Positions 19,108 to 28,824 of a DNA stretch of 52,322 bases are shown here, piece by piece. Each line of letters opens with the position of its first letter. The first letter of the stretch is position 1. Source of the stretch: Nanobdellati archaeon (GTDB lineage Archaea > EX4484-52 > WAPT01); assembly GCA_015520605.1 (NCBI GenBank), contig WAPT01000016.1, positions 1-52,322 on the forward strand, written 5' to 3'. The position numbers were made by a program, and so were the translations under genes. The notes beneath the pieces are model-generated. The model had not been told where the DNA came from, made no database searches, and was given only the letters and a program-made list of their open reading frames with translations.

Positions 19108-20875
19108 TCCCCCTTCCGAGATAGGAAATATCGGGTCTGGATGATTCGCTAGTTTCCCGCTCCTGTTTCTTCCCGCCTTTAAGAGTATCATGTCCTGATG
19201 GAGCATTCCCCTTCGTTTCCTTCAGTCTTTTCTCCAGCACCCTCTGCAGTTGCTCAACGAACTCCCTAGTCTTTTCCCTTATCTCGTAGATCTTTTCTTC
19301 GGGGATCTCCTCTTCCTTACCCTCCTTAACCATCTCAAGGTATTTCATCATTGTATTGAAAAGGGTCTCGTGTTGTTCCTTGACCTCCGGAAAAGTCCTG
19401 TGCATCACAGTGGGCAGATCTTTCAACTCCTCAGGTGGCTCTATGCCGAGCCTTCTTAAAGCGACAACATCAGCTTTGAGGAACATCTTGTAGGTTTCTA
19501 TAAGAATATTGCCCTTCTGTCTCATTCCCATACTGTCAATCAGATTCTTTATAGCTTCGATTACTCTCTTCGCTTTTTCCACATACTCATCAACCATCCT
19601 GCCTATATCCTTTGCTTCCTCAGGAGACATATACTCAACATCCTTAGCAAAACGGTGCACAGATCTTATATCCTCAGCAACACTTTTATCGAGCATTCCT
19701 CTCGCCACAAGGGTTGCCTCGAGGGCATCAGCGACTTCCTCCTTGTTGACAGGCAATCTCCCAATCATCATCAGTGCAGCGTTACCTGCTGACGCAACAG
19801 CCTGTTCTAAATAGTGTGCTGCCGATTTCACCCTAGAGATGGCATACTCCACGAACCGCGGAGCCGCGGATATCTTCTTATCCACGGCCTCTTTGGTTGT
19901 TGGAACCATGCCCCTCTGCACCATGCGCTTTGCAGGCATGAAGACGCCAACATCATAAACGGGAACCCCATACCTCAGAATGGAAATGAGAACCGGCTCC
20001 GCTACTCTCAGGTTTTCCCAGAACTCCGTAAGAAACATGAACGCCTGAATCGTTATACGCTCATCCAAATCCCTCGCTATTCTCACGAGTTCATCCCATA
20101 TCTGGTCCTTCACATGATCCGGAATTTCCTCCTCCACTTCCGTATCATCCATTATAACAAAAATATCAAGATCGCTTTTTTCATGGTAAGTTCCCTTTAC
20201 TGTTGAGCCATAAACCACGACGGATTTTATTCTCTTTCTGTACTTCTGGATAAGCTTTGCAGCGTATCTTCTCGCTATCTCCATTCTTTTATCAAATTCC
20301 TTTTTTCTTTTTTCCTCCTGCAGGCTTTTTATTCTCTCTTCTATTCTCTTCTCTTCCTCTCTCGCCAGCCCCACTATCTCTTCTGCCCTTTCCTTCGGAA
20401 TACCCGCCTCCACAAGCTCCTTTTTACTCGAGGACGCAAGAACATTCACTGTAGTGATGCCGACATTTCTTAACCTTCTCTTTTCCTCCTCGGTAAGGAA
20501 CGCCACCTTGTCTATCTTCCTTCCCTCCGATGCGAGATGCTGAAGTTCCTTATCAACTTTGCTTGTGGTGTAGCGCTCCACGATCCGTTTCCTTTTTTTA
20601 TCAACGCTGGAAAGAATTGATCCGTCAGCCCCACTACTCCCTGATGCACTCCCGCTTCCTCCACGTTTAACATCATTTTTTTGATTTGTAACTTCTTTTT
20701 TCATATTTTCATTCTTTCCTGCGCCCGTATCTCCTCCCTTCATCGATTCTGCAGATTTCATATCAATAATCACCTCTTTAGAATGCTGTTTGCGTTCTTC
20801 ATTCACAGGAGCATCTCCAACTACCGCCTCCCTTATTTTTGCGATTTCATCTTTTGATGTTGACTGGTCATCCAT
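19088..20875 (-). CDS. Pol-beta-like nucleotidyltransferase domain protein with HhH-like and helical (HEPN-like) domains
   Basis: VYGSTVKG....SDLDIFVIMDD (GS-x10-DxD); RLRNVGITT...AGIPKERA HhH-like segment; low-complexity N-terminus. Confidence 0.8.
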   Translation of the reverse strand: MDDQSTSKDEIAKIREAVVGDAPVNEERKQHSKEVIIDMKSAESMKGGDTGAGKNENMKKEVTNQKNDVKRGGSGSASGSSGADGSILSSVDKKRKRIVERYTTSKVDKELQHLASEGRKIDKVAFLTEEEKRRLRNVGITTVNVLASSSKKELVEAGIPKERAEEIVGLAREEEKRIEERIKSLQEEKRKKEFDKRMEIARRYAAKLIQKYRKRIKSVVVYGSTVKGTYHEKSDLDIFVIMDDTEVEEEIPDHVKDQIWDELVRIARDLDERITIQAFMFLTEFWENLRVAEPVLISILRYGVPVYDVGVFMPAKRMVQRGMVPTTKEAVDKKISAAPRFVEYAISRVKSAAHYLEQAVASAGNAALMMIGRLPVNKEEVADALEATLVARGMLDKSVAEDIRSVHRFAKDVEYMSPEEAKDIGRMVDEYVEKAKRVIEAIKNLIDSMGMRQKGNILIETYKMFLKADVVALRRLGIEPPEELKDLPTVMHRTFPEVKEQHETLFNTMMKYLEMVKEGKEEEIPEEKIYEIREKTREFVEQLQRVLEKRLKETKGNAPSGHDTLKGGKKQERETSESSRPDISYLGRGINSGER

Positions 20876-20939
20876 ACACGGACACCATAGTTAGGGAGTT
20901 GTGGCATCATCTTTATATATGTGACATTAACCCGAGGCA

Positions 20940-23561
20940 TCACCACTTGAACCTGTTTCTCAACCAGTTCGCAAGCTTGTTGAGTTCTCTCGCTCTGTCA
21001 CCGAAAAACGAGTACGAATGCTCGGGAAGTGTGAGCAACCCCTCTATAGGATCCATCGCATGCATTCTCACCGCTTCATACTGTGCGGCTTCAAATTCCG
21101 GACCCAGACCGTAGAACTCAGGAGGTAGTTTGTCCGGGGGTGTGTCGTTTTCCAGATGTTTTATCATCAGCCTCAAGGCTACAGCGCTATCCTCTGGTGG
21201 ACCGGCTGCACCCCACTCCCATATTAGATACGCGCTCTTCATACCCTTCTTTCTCAATAACCACAGCCATTTATAAAGTATGTACATATCAAGGCTGAAA
21301 AGTTGTATCTGACCGTGTAAACCGCCGTAGGGGCGTGGTGCGTTTATATGCACCATCCTAACATATTTCGCATCACCGTCTATGATATTTTCCTCCACAT
21401 CCTTAATTGGATCTATGAGATTGGTTGTCAGATGCTCGAAATCTATGGTGTAGGATATGTGTTCTCCGTTCTCTATGCTTTTAACTAAAGCTATGTGGTG
21501 GTGAGCATGCATCACCCGAAGCTGTCCTTCAAGACCTGGAGCTGGTTGTTCTGTCTCCACAAAAATATGGATTCTGTTCTTCTTGCAGAACTCATAGATC
21601 GACAAGTTTATTTCATCATTATCAAGGTCTCTTGCAAGTTTGCTGTTCAGCATCTCATTTCTCCTGCTCCCTTCTGTTGAGTCATCTATCTTCCACTCCA
21701 CCACCTGCTCAGGAATTCCACCCATGTTCCATGGTGGAGTCTTAACCAGCAGGTGGCCCTGGATGTATTTGCATGCTACAGCTGTGATTATCAGCTCTAT
21801 TATCTTCTGCACTGGTATCCTTGCCCTGTTACCCATAGGATCGACATATCTCTCTATTCCCTTGTTAGCAAGATCTATAGCAACATCAGGCATGATGGGA
21901 CAGCCAGCTTCATTCTCAACGATCTCCTTCCATAAAGGGTCTCCCACAACGGACATGTACTTTGCTACCACCTCATAGCTCACCTTTTCAGGAGCCTCGC
22001 TCCCCTGCTGTTTCCAGAGTTCGTAGAGCTGATCAAAGTTCATCCTCGTGACAGTCTCAACAACATGCTCGCACAGGATGTAGAACTGGTAGGCCGGAGT
22101 TAGTCCACGCACGTTGCTACTCTTGCTACCATTGACGCCAACAGCCTCCTCTGGATCAGCGCCGCCGTTGAGAGTTCTGATAAACATCCTGTACACGAGA
22201 GAATAAGACAGCAGCTCCTTTATCTCCTCGAGTCTTTTATCATCATCGGGTATCGTGCTCTTATCGCACCTCTCCACCTTGTACCTGAGGATTTTGAGGG
22301 TCTCCAGTTCCCTTTCCAGCGCTTCGTAGTATCCAGCCTCCCCGGCTGCTCTCTGCCTTTCCCTGGCACGAGCATCTATATTCTGGATTTCCGATTGCAC
22401 CGCTGCCTGAGTTTGCTGCAGCTCCAGAATCTTTTCCTGAGTTGCATGTACCTGAGTAAGCAGGTTCTCAGCCTCCTTCTTTTCCTCATCGGTCAGTTCG
22501 CGCTTCATCTTGAGCGTCTCGAGCCTGTATTTAAGCCGTTCAGCAAGCTGTTGAAGATTGAGAATCATCGCGCTTATCTCGGTGAGCTTTGATTGCAGAT
22601 CAGCTCGTTTTTTCCTCTCCTCCGGAGTGTAGAGCTTCTCCTGAATTTCCCTCTGCTTGACCTCCAGCTCCTTTATTCTCCTGTCCAGCTCTTTCAGGAG
22701 GTGTGGTCTTGTTTTCTCCCAGTATTCCAGCTTCATCCTTCTCAACTGCTGGGCCGCAAACATCACCCTCTCACTGAAAGTCCCATACTCCCACCACGGT
22801 TTCAACATCCCCTTATCGGTTTCAATCTCATCCGTGGTGCTCAGAAAGTTGACTACTTCCGCGTTGGGCACCACACCGAGCAAGCGGTAGAGAATATCGA
22901 TAAACCTCGCCTTGAACCAATCCTTTAACCACGGTATGTTTTTCCTCTTGCCGTCTACAGGATCTGTAAATTCACCGCTTGTCACCTTCTCAATCCATAC
23001 CGCGAGGTTCTCACCGGTGAAGGAGTACTGTGGTAACGGGTATTCGTGTGTTGCAAGATAATACGTGAGGCCCGGCCTCGGCCTATGTGAGGTGTGGAAC
23101 AGGATGAATTTTGCGCCCGTTTTCTTGGCTATTATGGCTGTTCTCTGCAAATTGCGGTGGTGTCTCTCCCATTCGTGAGCGTTGGCAACTCCGAGGTCTA
23201 TCGCTATCTCTCCAGTTACGGGCGCGTGAATCCCGAAGCCGAAGGAAGGTCCCTGCGCATCAATAACACGCCTCACTTCCTCCTCAACACCGTGCTCGTA
23301 AGCCTCAGCTATGCTCTCGAAGTCAACCTCCACGAAATCGAAGCCCTGTCTTGCACCAAATGCTATCTTTTTCGCTACTCCGGAGAGCGCCATCCTTTCG
23401 GCTCCCTGCCTGAACTGAGCGAAGCCGGGAGTAACGCCTATGATATAATCCACAGGTCTGTTGTACTTATCCCACCTGCCCTGTGGTTTCTTTTCTGCGG
23501 AACCCATTGCTGGTCGTTGTTCCTCCTTTCTTCCCCCTGAAAGAAACCTGTTAAGCACCAT
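20940..23561 (-). CDS. Xylose-isomerase/endonuclease-IV-like TIM-barrel protein with large coiled-coil insertion
   Basis: GIHAP, ILFHTS, FVETE, IDFEH, MVHIN, LHG, IWEWG metal-ligand pattern; central heptad-rich region. Confidence 0.65.
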   Translation of the reverse strand: MVLNRFLSGGRKEEQRPAMGSAEKKPQGRWDKYNRPVDYIIGVTPGFAQFRQGAERMALSGVAKKIAFGARQGFDFVEVDFESIAEAYEHGVEEEVRRVIDAQGPSFGFGIHAPVTGEIAIDLGVANAHEWERHHRNLQRTAIIAKKTGAKFILFHTSHRPRPGLTYYLATHEYPLPQYSFTGENLAVWIEKVTSGEFTDPVDGKRKNIPWLKDWFKARFIDILYRLLGVVPNAEVVNFLSTTDEIETDKGMLKPWWEYGTFSERVMFAAQQLRRMKLEYWEKTRPHLLKELDRRIKELEVKQREIQEKLYTPEERKKRADLQSKLTEISAMILNLQQLAERLKYRLETLKMKRELTDEEKKEAENLLTQVHATQEKILELQQTQAAVQSEIQNIDARARERQRAAGEAGYYEALERELETLKILRYKVERCDKSTIPDDDKRLEEIKELLSYSLVYRMFIRTLNGGADPEEAVGVNGSKSSNVRGLTPAYQFYILCEHVVETVTRMNFDQLYELWKQQGSEAPEKVSYEVVAKYMSVVGDPLWKEIVENEAGCPIMPDVAIDLANKGIERYVDPMGNRARIPVQKIIELIITAVACKYIQGHLLVKTPPWNMGGIPEQVVEWKIDDSTEGSRRNEMLNSKLARDLDNDEINLSIYEFCKKNRIHIFVETEQPAPGLEGQLRVMHAHHHIALVKSIENGEHISYTIDFEHLTTNLIDPIKDVEENIIDGDAKYVRMVHINAPRPYGGLHGQIQLFSLDMYILYKWLWLLRKKGMKSAYLIWEWGAAGPPEDSAVALRLMIKHLENDTPPDKLPPEFYGLGPEFEAAQYEAVRMHAMDPIEGLLTLPEHSYSFFGDRARELNKLANWLRNRFKW

Positions 23562-23622
23562 GGAGCCTCACAATTAATTTATATAGGTACGGACTCAAAA
23601 TAAAAGTTTAGGGTGCTCAGAA

Positions 23623-24234
23623 ATGGGCTTGGGGGATAAACTGAGTGAATTGACATCTAAATTCAAGCGGAAATCCATCGATGATAAAATAGAGGAAGTT
23701 CTTGGCTCCGCGAATAAAGAGCATAGGACACAAGAGAGCTTTTCATCGACCTTCTCTCAGCTGAACGCTCAGGCCGCAGACAGGTTTAGAAACGAGGTGA
23801 GTGGAATAGGAAGATCTCTGTTTACAAGGGCTGAAGAGAGGTTCGATGTAAACTATCCAGCAATAGAGAGAGCTCCATTCGGTGATGCGAGCGAAGAAGG
23901 TCCGCTCACAAGAAATTTCGATGAGGCGCATTTTCATAACAACGCACTTCTGAACTCTGCGACCACAGTCCCTGACCCCCGCGGGAATGAAAAAGCTCAG
24001 CCCCCGTCAATCACGGAGGTCGGTTTTTCTCACGCCTCTGCTTCCTTTGAGAACAACACATTTTCTGCAAGGACATCGGGAAATTATCACGCTTCGTCCA
24101 AAAATTCAACACAATATCTCAGCAGTCCTGATTTAAACACAATAATAAACGAACTCCACGCCATAAGGGAGCAGAATGCTGTTATTCTTGAAAGACTTAA
24201 AAGAATAGAGGAAATGCTCAGCAAGCCTTACTGA
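23623..24234 (+). CDS. Hypothetical protein (disordered middle, C-terminal coiled coil)
   Basis: 203-aa ORF; C-terminal LNTIINELHAIREQNAVILERLKRIEEML. Confidence 0.75.
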   Translation: MGLGDKLSELTSKFKRKSIDDKIEEVLGSANKEHRTQESFSSTFSQLNAQAADRFRNEVSGIGRSLFTRAEERFDVNYPAIERAPFGDASEEGPLTRNFDEAHFHNNALLNSATTVPDPRGNEKAQPPSITEVGFSHASASFENNTFSARTSGNYHASSKNSTQYLSSPDLNTIINELHAIREQNAVILERLKRIEEMLSKPY

Positions 24235-24279
24235 AAAGGTCCTCGCCAAAGATAGGCAAGAATAATTCCCGCTATTTAT

Positions 24280-24813
24280 CTAATAGTTAAAGCCAGCGCC
24301 CTTCGGAACGGTGACGCGTTCAACCTTCTGAGGAGGTATCCCGAGTATTTCCCTTATGGCATTTTCTATAGTTAGGAGCATTCTTTTTGAAATCTCAAAA
24401 TACTTCTGGCGCTGCCTGTTGTAAAACAAGTAGCTGTAAGTCCACCAGAAACTCTTATGAAGGCTGTGGGAGTACGGTACTATGGTTCTGAGCACACCCC
24501 CATACTTCAACGTCATGCTGCCCATCTTTTTTGGGTCATCGCCCTGAGAGCCCCAAGCACGCATTCTGAATATGAGAGTTGTCCATCTATCGAACGGTTT
24601 TGTGGCCTCCACCTCGTAATAGAAGGAACCATCGGTTGTGTCCCATCTGAGATCCTTTTCCCATACCCTTGGACTTCTTATTTCCAGCACACGTTTCAGC
24701 ACATTAACCATCTTGTCCTTGAAACCAAAAGGATTCGGTCCGCTGTATACTATTTTCTTCAGTTCATGCGGTGCGAAGATCATATCATCATAAACGAGTT
24801 TCTTGCTAGCCAT
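24280..24813 (-). CDS. Conserved hypothetical protein (paralog of 24806..25321)
   Basis: YDDMIFAPH...YSGPNP; similarity to its neighbour. Confidence 0.8.
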   Translation of the reverse strand: MASKKLVYDDMIFAPHELKKIVYSGPNPFGFKDKMVNVLKRVLEIRSPRVWEKDLRWDTTDGSFYYEVEATKPFDRWTTLIFRMRAWGSQGDDPKKMGSMTLKYGGVLRTIVPYSHSLHKSFWWTYSYLFYNRQRQKYFEISKRMLLTIENAIREILGIPPQKVERVTVPKGAGFNY

Positions 24814-25321
24814 GCGCTCTCAGCTCCTCCAAGTATTTTTTAATTTCTTCTTCCAGTTTCTTTACGATGCGCCTCCCCATCTGGATGTATTCCATTCTTT
24901 TCTTATGGTAAAAAATCGTGTGCCAGAATCGTCTCGCCATCTCGTAAAAGATGGATTGCTGAAGTAAAGTGTCCTGTGGATACTCGGTGACAAGGGCGGG
25001 GTCTATCGAAATTGTAGCTGGTCCCCTTCCATTCTTGGAGTAACCCTTCAGCTTTATGTCAACCCTTATGTGGGAATAAACATCCATCTGTTTTATGACG
25101 CGCCACCATATGTTGAACTTTATCTCATCATCGCTCGGTGTTTCCCATGTGAAGGCTATTTCCTGTATGTGACTCGGTGGGATGTTAAATATCGCTGGCA
25201 TTAATTCCTGAAGCTTATTGTAAAGCTTTTCTGGATACGGTCCGGAATAGTTGATGAATATTTCTTTGTGTGGTTCGAAAAGATTATCATAGATGGTCAG
25301 TTTGATTCTCGCCCATACCAT
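24806..25321 (-). CDS. Conserved hypothetical protein (paralog of 24280..24813)
   Basis: YDNLFEPH...YSGPYP; overlaps the next start. Confidence 0.8.
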   Translation of the reverse strand: MVWARIKLTIYDNLFEPHKEIFINYSGPYPEKLYNKLQELMPAIFNIPPSHIQEIAFTWETPSDDEIKFNIWWRVIKQMDVYSHIRVDIKLKGYSKNGRGPATISIDPALVTEYPQDTLLQQSIFYEMARRFWHTIFYHKKRMEYIQMGRRIVKKLEEEIKKYLEELRAHG

Positions 25322-25375
25322 GAATATGAATTTCTGACCAACTTATATATATAAGTTAGGATACAAAAAACAATT

Positions 25376-25762
25376 ATGAAATTTGAAATCATTCAGCTCG
25401 TCCTCGGGCTTATTATGGTCTTTTTTGGGGTTTATCTGCTTTACTTCATGGATGTCATAACTTTTTTCGTCAAGGCATTGAGAATAAGGGGGAGGGTTCT
25501 AAACGCGGATGTGCACCTCACACTGCTCATGATGTTTGGCGTTCTTTTCATTGTGGGTGGATCATGGCTCGTGATTGATGTTGTGGGTTTGAGAAGACTT
25601 CTCCTTAAACTTGTGGGTGTTCTTTTTTTCTTCACGGGGTGCTTTTTTGTTTTCCACTTTCCGGACTCAACCAGATATCAACCTCCGGGATTCGCGACTA
25701 TAAGTATATTCCTCGGGATTGTTTGCTACGCTCTTAGCATATACTTTCTGCTCTTTACCTGA
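25376..25762 (+). CDS. Four-TM membrane protein
   Basis: Four hydrophobic segments; shares the divergent TATA run (TTATATATATAA) at ~25343-25354. Confidence 0.75.
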   Translation: MKFEIIQLVLGLIMVFFGVYLLYFMDVITFFVKALRIRGRVLNADVHLTLLMMFGVLFIVGGSWLVIDVVGLRRLLLKLVGVLFFFTGCFFVFHFPDSTRYQPPGFATISIFLGIVCYALSIYFLLFT

Positions 25763-25829
25763 AAAGCTCGTTCCACACACCATACACAGTATAAAAAATA
25801 ATTAAGAATTAAAGAATTGGAATGCAGTA

Positions 25830-26417
25830 TTACTCTTCCAGATTGTATACTTCTTTTACCTCCACCTTTCTAATATCCAGGGAATTTATTGGGTGTATGT
25901 TGATGACCTTGTTAAACATGAGTTTTTGGAGCATGCCATCGAATATTTCCTTAACGAGTTCTGGTAGTTTTCTGTTGCCCACATGCTCCTCGAGGAAGTT
26001 CTCGATTTCCTTTCTTATGGCTTTCTGAACGGAATAGTTAGTCCTGCCACCAGTTATCACAATGGGTTTTATTCTGAGTTTGACTCCGTCCAATGTGGTG
26101 ACATCTTTGATGACATCTATTCGGGATGTTCTTTTTCTCACCATTCTAGTTATTCTATCCCTGGAAAGTTCGTGCCCCCAGTAAATTGTCCCGGCAATAT
26201 TGTTATCTACCTCAACTATCCTGAGAAATATGTTTATGAAGACATGTCTTATATTGTTGGTAACCATGTTGAGAGGTATTACAAGAACTCTATCAATCGG
26301 GCTCCCATGTTTTGTTACGGGCGTCTCGCCAACTATATCTCCCCCGAGATGCTCTGGCGCCTTTATCTGATACCATGTGAGCTTGACCTTCCTCCTACTC
26401 TGTGTCCTTGCTGCCAG
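25830..26417 (-). CDS. rps3ae: 30S ribosomal protein S3Ae (eS1), CTG start
   Basis: KLTWYQIKAP..GET..RV...RMVRKRTSRID...KAIRK..IHPINSLDIRKVEV; the frame extends 50 codons above the track start to CTG26417, preceded by SD GAGGTGAT. Confidence 0.92.
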   Translation of the reverse strand: MAARTQSRRKVKLTWYQIKAPEHLGGDIVGETPVTKHGSPIDRVLVIPLNMVTNNIRHVFINIFLRIVEVDNNIAGTIYWGHELSRDRITRMVRKRTSRIDVIKDVTTLDGVKLRIKPIVITGGRTNYSVQKAIRKEIENFLEEHVGNRKLPELVKEIFDGMLQKLMFNKVINIHPINSLDIRKVEVKEVYNLEE

Positions 26418-26578
26418 ATTGCATCACCTCATGGAAAACACAAGTTAGTTTGATAGAAACTTTTATTAATCTTTCTGAAAAGTGAGGCACCGACACAAAA
26501 GCGATAGAAGTTATAGATTAGAAGGACTAAAATTTAAAAATCTCTTAAGAAAATAAGGAATTGAAATTCCCCTTCATG

Positions 26579-26641
26579 CTCGCCCCCTAAACGGCTGGGG
26601 CGAGAGGGAGCGGTGTACACCGCGGCGCACCGCTCCCACCA
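26579..26641. ncRNA. Unidentified GC-rich twin-hairpin element
   Basis: CTCGCCCC/GGGGCGAG (26579-26604) and GGGAGCGGTG/CACCGCTCCC (26606-26637) followed by ACCA, in AT-rich intergenic DNA. Confidence 0.45.
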
Positions 26642-26710
26642 AAGCCCCATTTTCTTTGAAAGGTATTGGAGACTCCCGCCTCTACTAAAAAATTCTGTAT
26701 TTTGAGAAGG

Positions 26711-28072
26711 CTATATTAGAGTCTCCACCGCATCTATAAATTTCATCTCACTTCCGAAAGGTATTTTGGCACCGGCTGCAGTTCTGTGGCCTCCACCTTC
26801 TCCTCCCACAACCTCACAAGCTTTCCTTATGATCAGTCCTAAGTTTATGCTGCCATCATCTTTTTTAGCGCGTGCTGATACTTTAACCCCATTACAAGAA
26901 TTTGCGAAGGAAAAGCCTATATCTGTTGAGATCTTAGATTTCATGCAAATGGAAAGGACTGTGCCTATGATAGTATCGCTTATGTTGTCCCCTGCCAGAA
27001 TATAGGTCGCCTTATCCGTAACTATGAAGCTCTTTCTGTTTCTTGAAATCCATGATAGAGCCGAGGATATCATCCTCCGGTAGTTGGAGTACAGTTCTTC
27101 CACATCATTTCTTATACCTAAACAGAATTTTACACCCTCCATCGGCTTTCCTATTCTCCCGCATGCGTTTAAAAACGTTGCAAACTCCCTCACCTCATAT
27201 TTGTCCCGGATTTTATAGATGTCGCTGATGAGTGTTGTTATCTTTTCCAGTGGGAGACCACTTGCCGCGCTTTCAATTACCAGTGCCGTTGCGAGCTTCC
27301 TTTCTTCCTTCCTTGTGAGATCACATAATCTCCTGAAGTTTCCTTCCTCATCCCTTATGGGGATCCCGAGCTCAGCAAGAAGCTGCACCGCCCCGGATTC
27401 ATTGCCGCTTATCCCGTCGATATAAGGATCCATGGATTGGCTCAGAGCTTTGTGTATCGGCTTGAAGTACCTGCCGAAAAGGTTGAGGCCCTTCTCCTTT
27501 TTAACGACTCCGAACAACTCCGCGTCCTGATAAAGAAGTTTGTTGATCCCCACGAGCTCGTTGTTATGTGTCTGTACATCCGCGAATGCTCCCACCACAG
27601 CCAGATCCACATTGTTTCTCACGTTCTCGCTTAAACATCTTGCAACAAGATATGCCATTCCCGCACCACTTATCTCTATGCTTCCGTCCACCCCATAAAA
27701 ATACGGGTTGAAGTGAGCAAGCCCCCTCCACTTAATCTGCTGTGGTTGATGATGGTCCACCACAACAACATCTTTACCGTTGGGTATGTGGTTCTTTATG
27801 GTTGAAAGCTGCCCGCTACCGAGATCAAGAAAAATATAGTGGTCTATGCTCTCCTCCACAACATCATCCATCACATCACTTTCCAGCTGTTTTAAAAAGA
27901 CAATATCAAAGTCCTTCTTCCTGTCCCTCAGAGCTTTGAAGAGGAGTGCTGCCGAAGTTATTCCATCTGCATCATGATGACTCACGACCCTTATCCTTCC
28001 ATTCCATCTGGCGATAATTGCTGCCACCTCCGCAGCTCCGTCAGCAAGCCTTACCACTCTGGAGAACGACAT
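26711..28072 (-). CDS. RecJ-like DHH phosphoesterase (GAN/Cdc45-related)
   Basis: SHHDADGI, FLDLGSGQ, VDHHQ, ISGAG, GGGHRTAAGA (DHHA1); next to rps3ae as is typical in archaea. Confidence 0.92.
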   Translation of the reverse strand: MSFSRVVRLADGAAEVAAIIARWNGRIRVVSHHDADGITSAALLFKALRDRKKDFDIVFLKQLESDVMDDVVEESIDHYIFLDLGSGQLSTIKNHIPNGKDVVVVDHHQPQQIKWRGLAHFNPYFYGVDGSIEISGAGMAYLVARCLSENVRNNVDLAVVGAFADVQTHNNELVGINKLLYQDAELFGVVKKEKGLNLFGRYFKPIHKALSQSMDPYIDGISGNESGAVQLLAELGIPIRDEEGNFRRLCDLTRKEERKLATALVIESAASGLPLEKITTLISDIYKIRDKYEVREFATFLNACGRIGKPMEGVKFCLGIRNDVEELYSNYRRMISSALSWISRNRKSFIVTDKATYILAGDNISDTIIGTVLSICMKSKISTDIGFSFANSCNGVKVSARAKKDDGSINLGLIIRKACEVVGGEGGGHRTAAGAKIPFGSEMKFIDAVETLI

Positions 28073-28163
28073 AAATAATATAGATATGTCGATAGAGTAT
28101 ATAATGATTTCTCGTTTGTAGAACCGTCTAAGTTCAATTTTCAATTGTGGGAGGAATTTTTGT

Positions 28164-28802
28164 TCATCTCCCCGCGATCTTTCTTAGAGCATTTCTGCTT
28201 TTCTCATCCGCGTCCTTTAACGGAATGATGTTGTCCTCTTCATCAATGCAGAGTTCTATAACTCTCCTCGCCTCCTCTATATCGATTTTGTGTCCGGGAG
28301 AAACGTAATATTTCCTGCCGTTTTTGATCATCACAACCCCTACGGCTTCACCATTTAACTCCACATAACCGTTTCTGACCTCCCCGCATAAAAGCGATTT
28401 GGCCACACCAACTGTGGGAATTTCAAGCTCCACTCCGACATAACATGCAAGTCCAGCTCTTCTCGGATGAAGAATACCGTTACCATCCACGAGCAACACA
28501 TCAGGTTTAAACGGAATGTGTGACACACACCTGATCATCACATCTCCTTCCCTGAAGGACAGGAACCCGGGCACGTAGGGCATTAAGTTTCGGATGCTCG
28601 AGAAGAGAAACACCCTCATAACCATCTTATGTTTTTTAAGGTCAAATAATGAGGCGCAGCAGCACAGAAGTTCTGCTTTTTTTCTGTAAGACACATCCAC
28701 CCCGCACACGAACCGCAATTTCTCAAAATTTACATAACCCTGCGCAATCACTATCTTTTCGCGCAACTTTCTCTGAAGATTTATAAGGTTTTCGAAATTC
28801 AT
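28164..28802 (-). CDS. nfi: Endonuclease V
   Basis: GVDVSY, PYVPGFLSFRE, LVDGNGILHPRRAGLA, GVAKS, YVSPGH. Confidence 0.95.
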   Translation of the reverse strand: MNFENLINLQRKLREKIVIAQGYVNFEKLRFVCGVDVSYRKKAELLCCCASLFDLKKHKMVMRVFLFSSIRNLMPYVPGFLSFREGDVMIRCVSHIPFKPDVLLVDGNGILHPRRAGLACYVGVELEIPTVGVAKSLLCGEVRNGYVELNGEAVGVVMIKNGRKYYVSPGHKIDIEEARRVIELCIDEEDNIIPLKDADEKSRNALRKIAGR

Positions 28803-28824
28803 TTAGAGTTAATCTCTCCAAATC

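Noticed and set aside
26424-26432. Possible TGA readthrough (selenocysteine) from ATG-AGG-TGA into rps3ae
   Set aside because: The TGA is part of the SD GAGGTGAT; a CTG start is simpler, and no Sec machinery is seen in the window.
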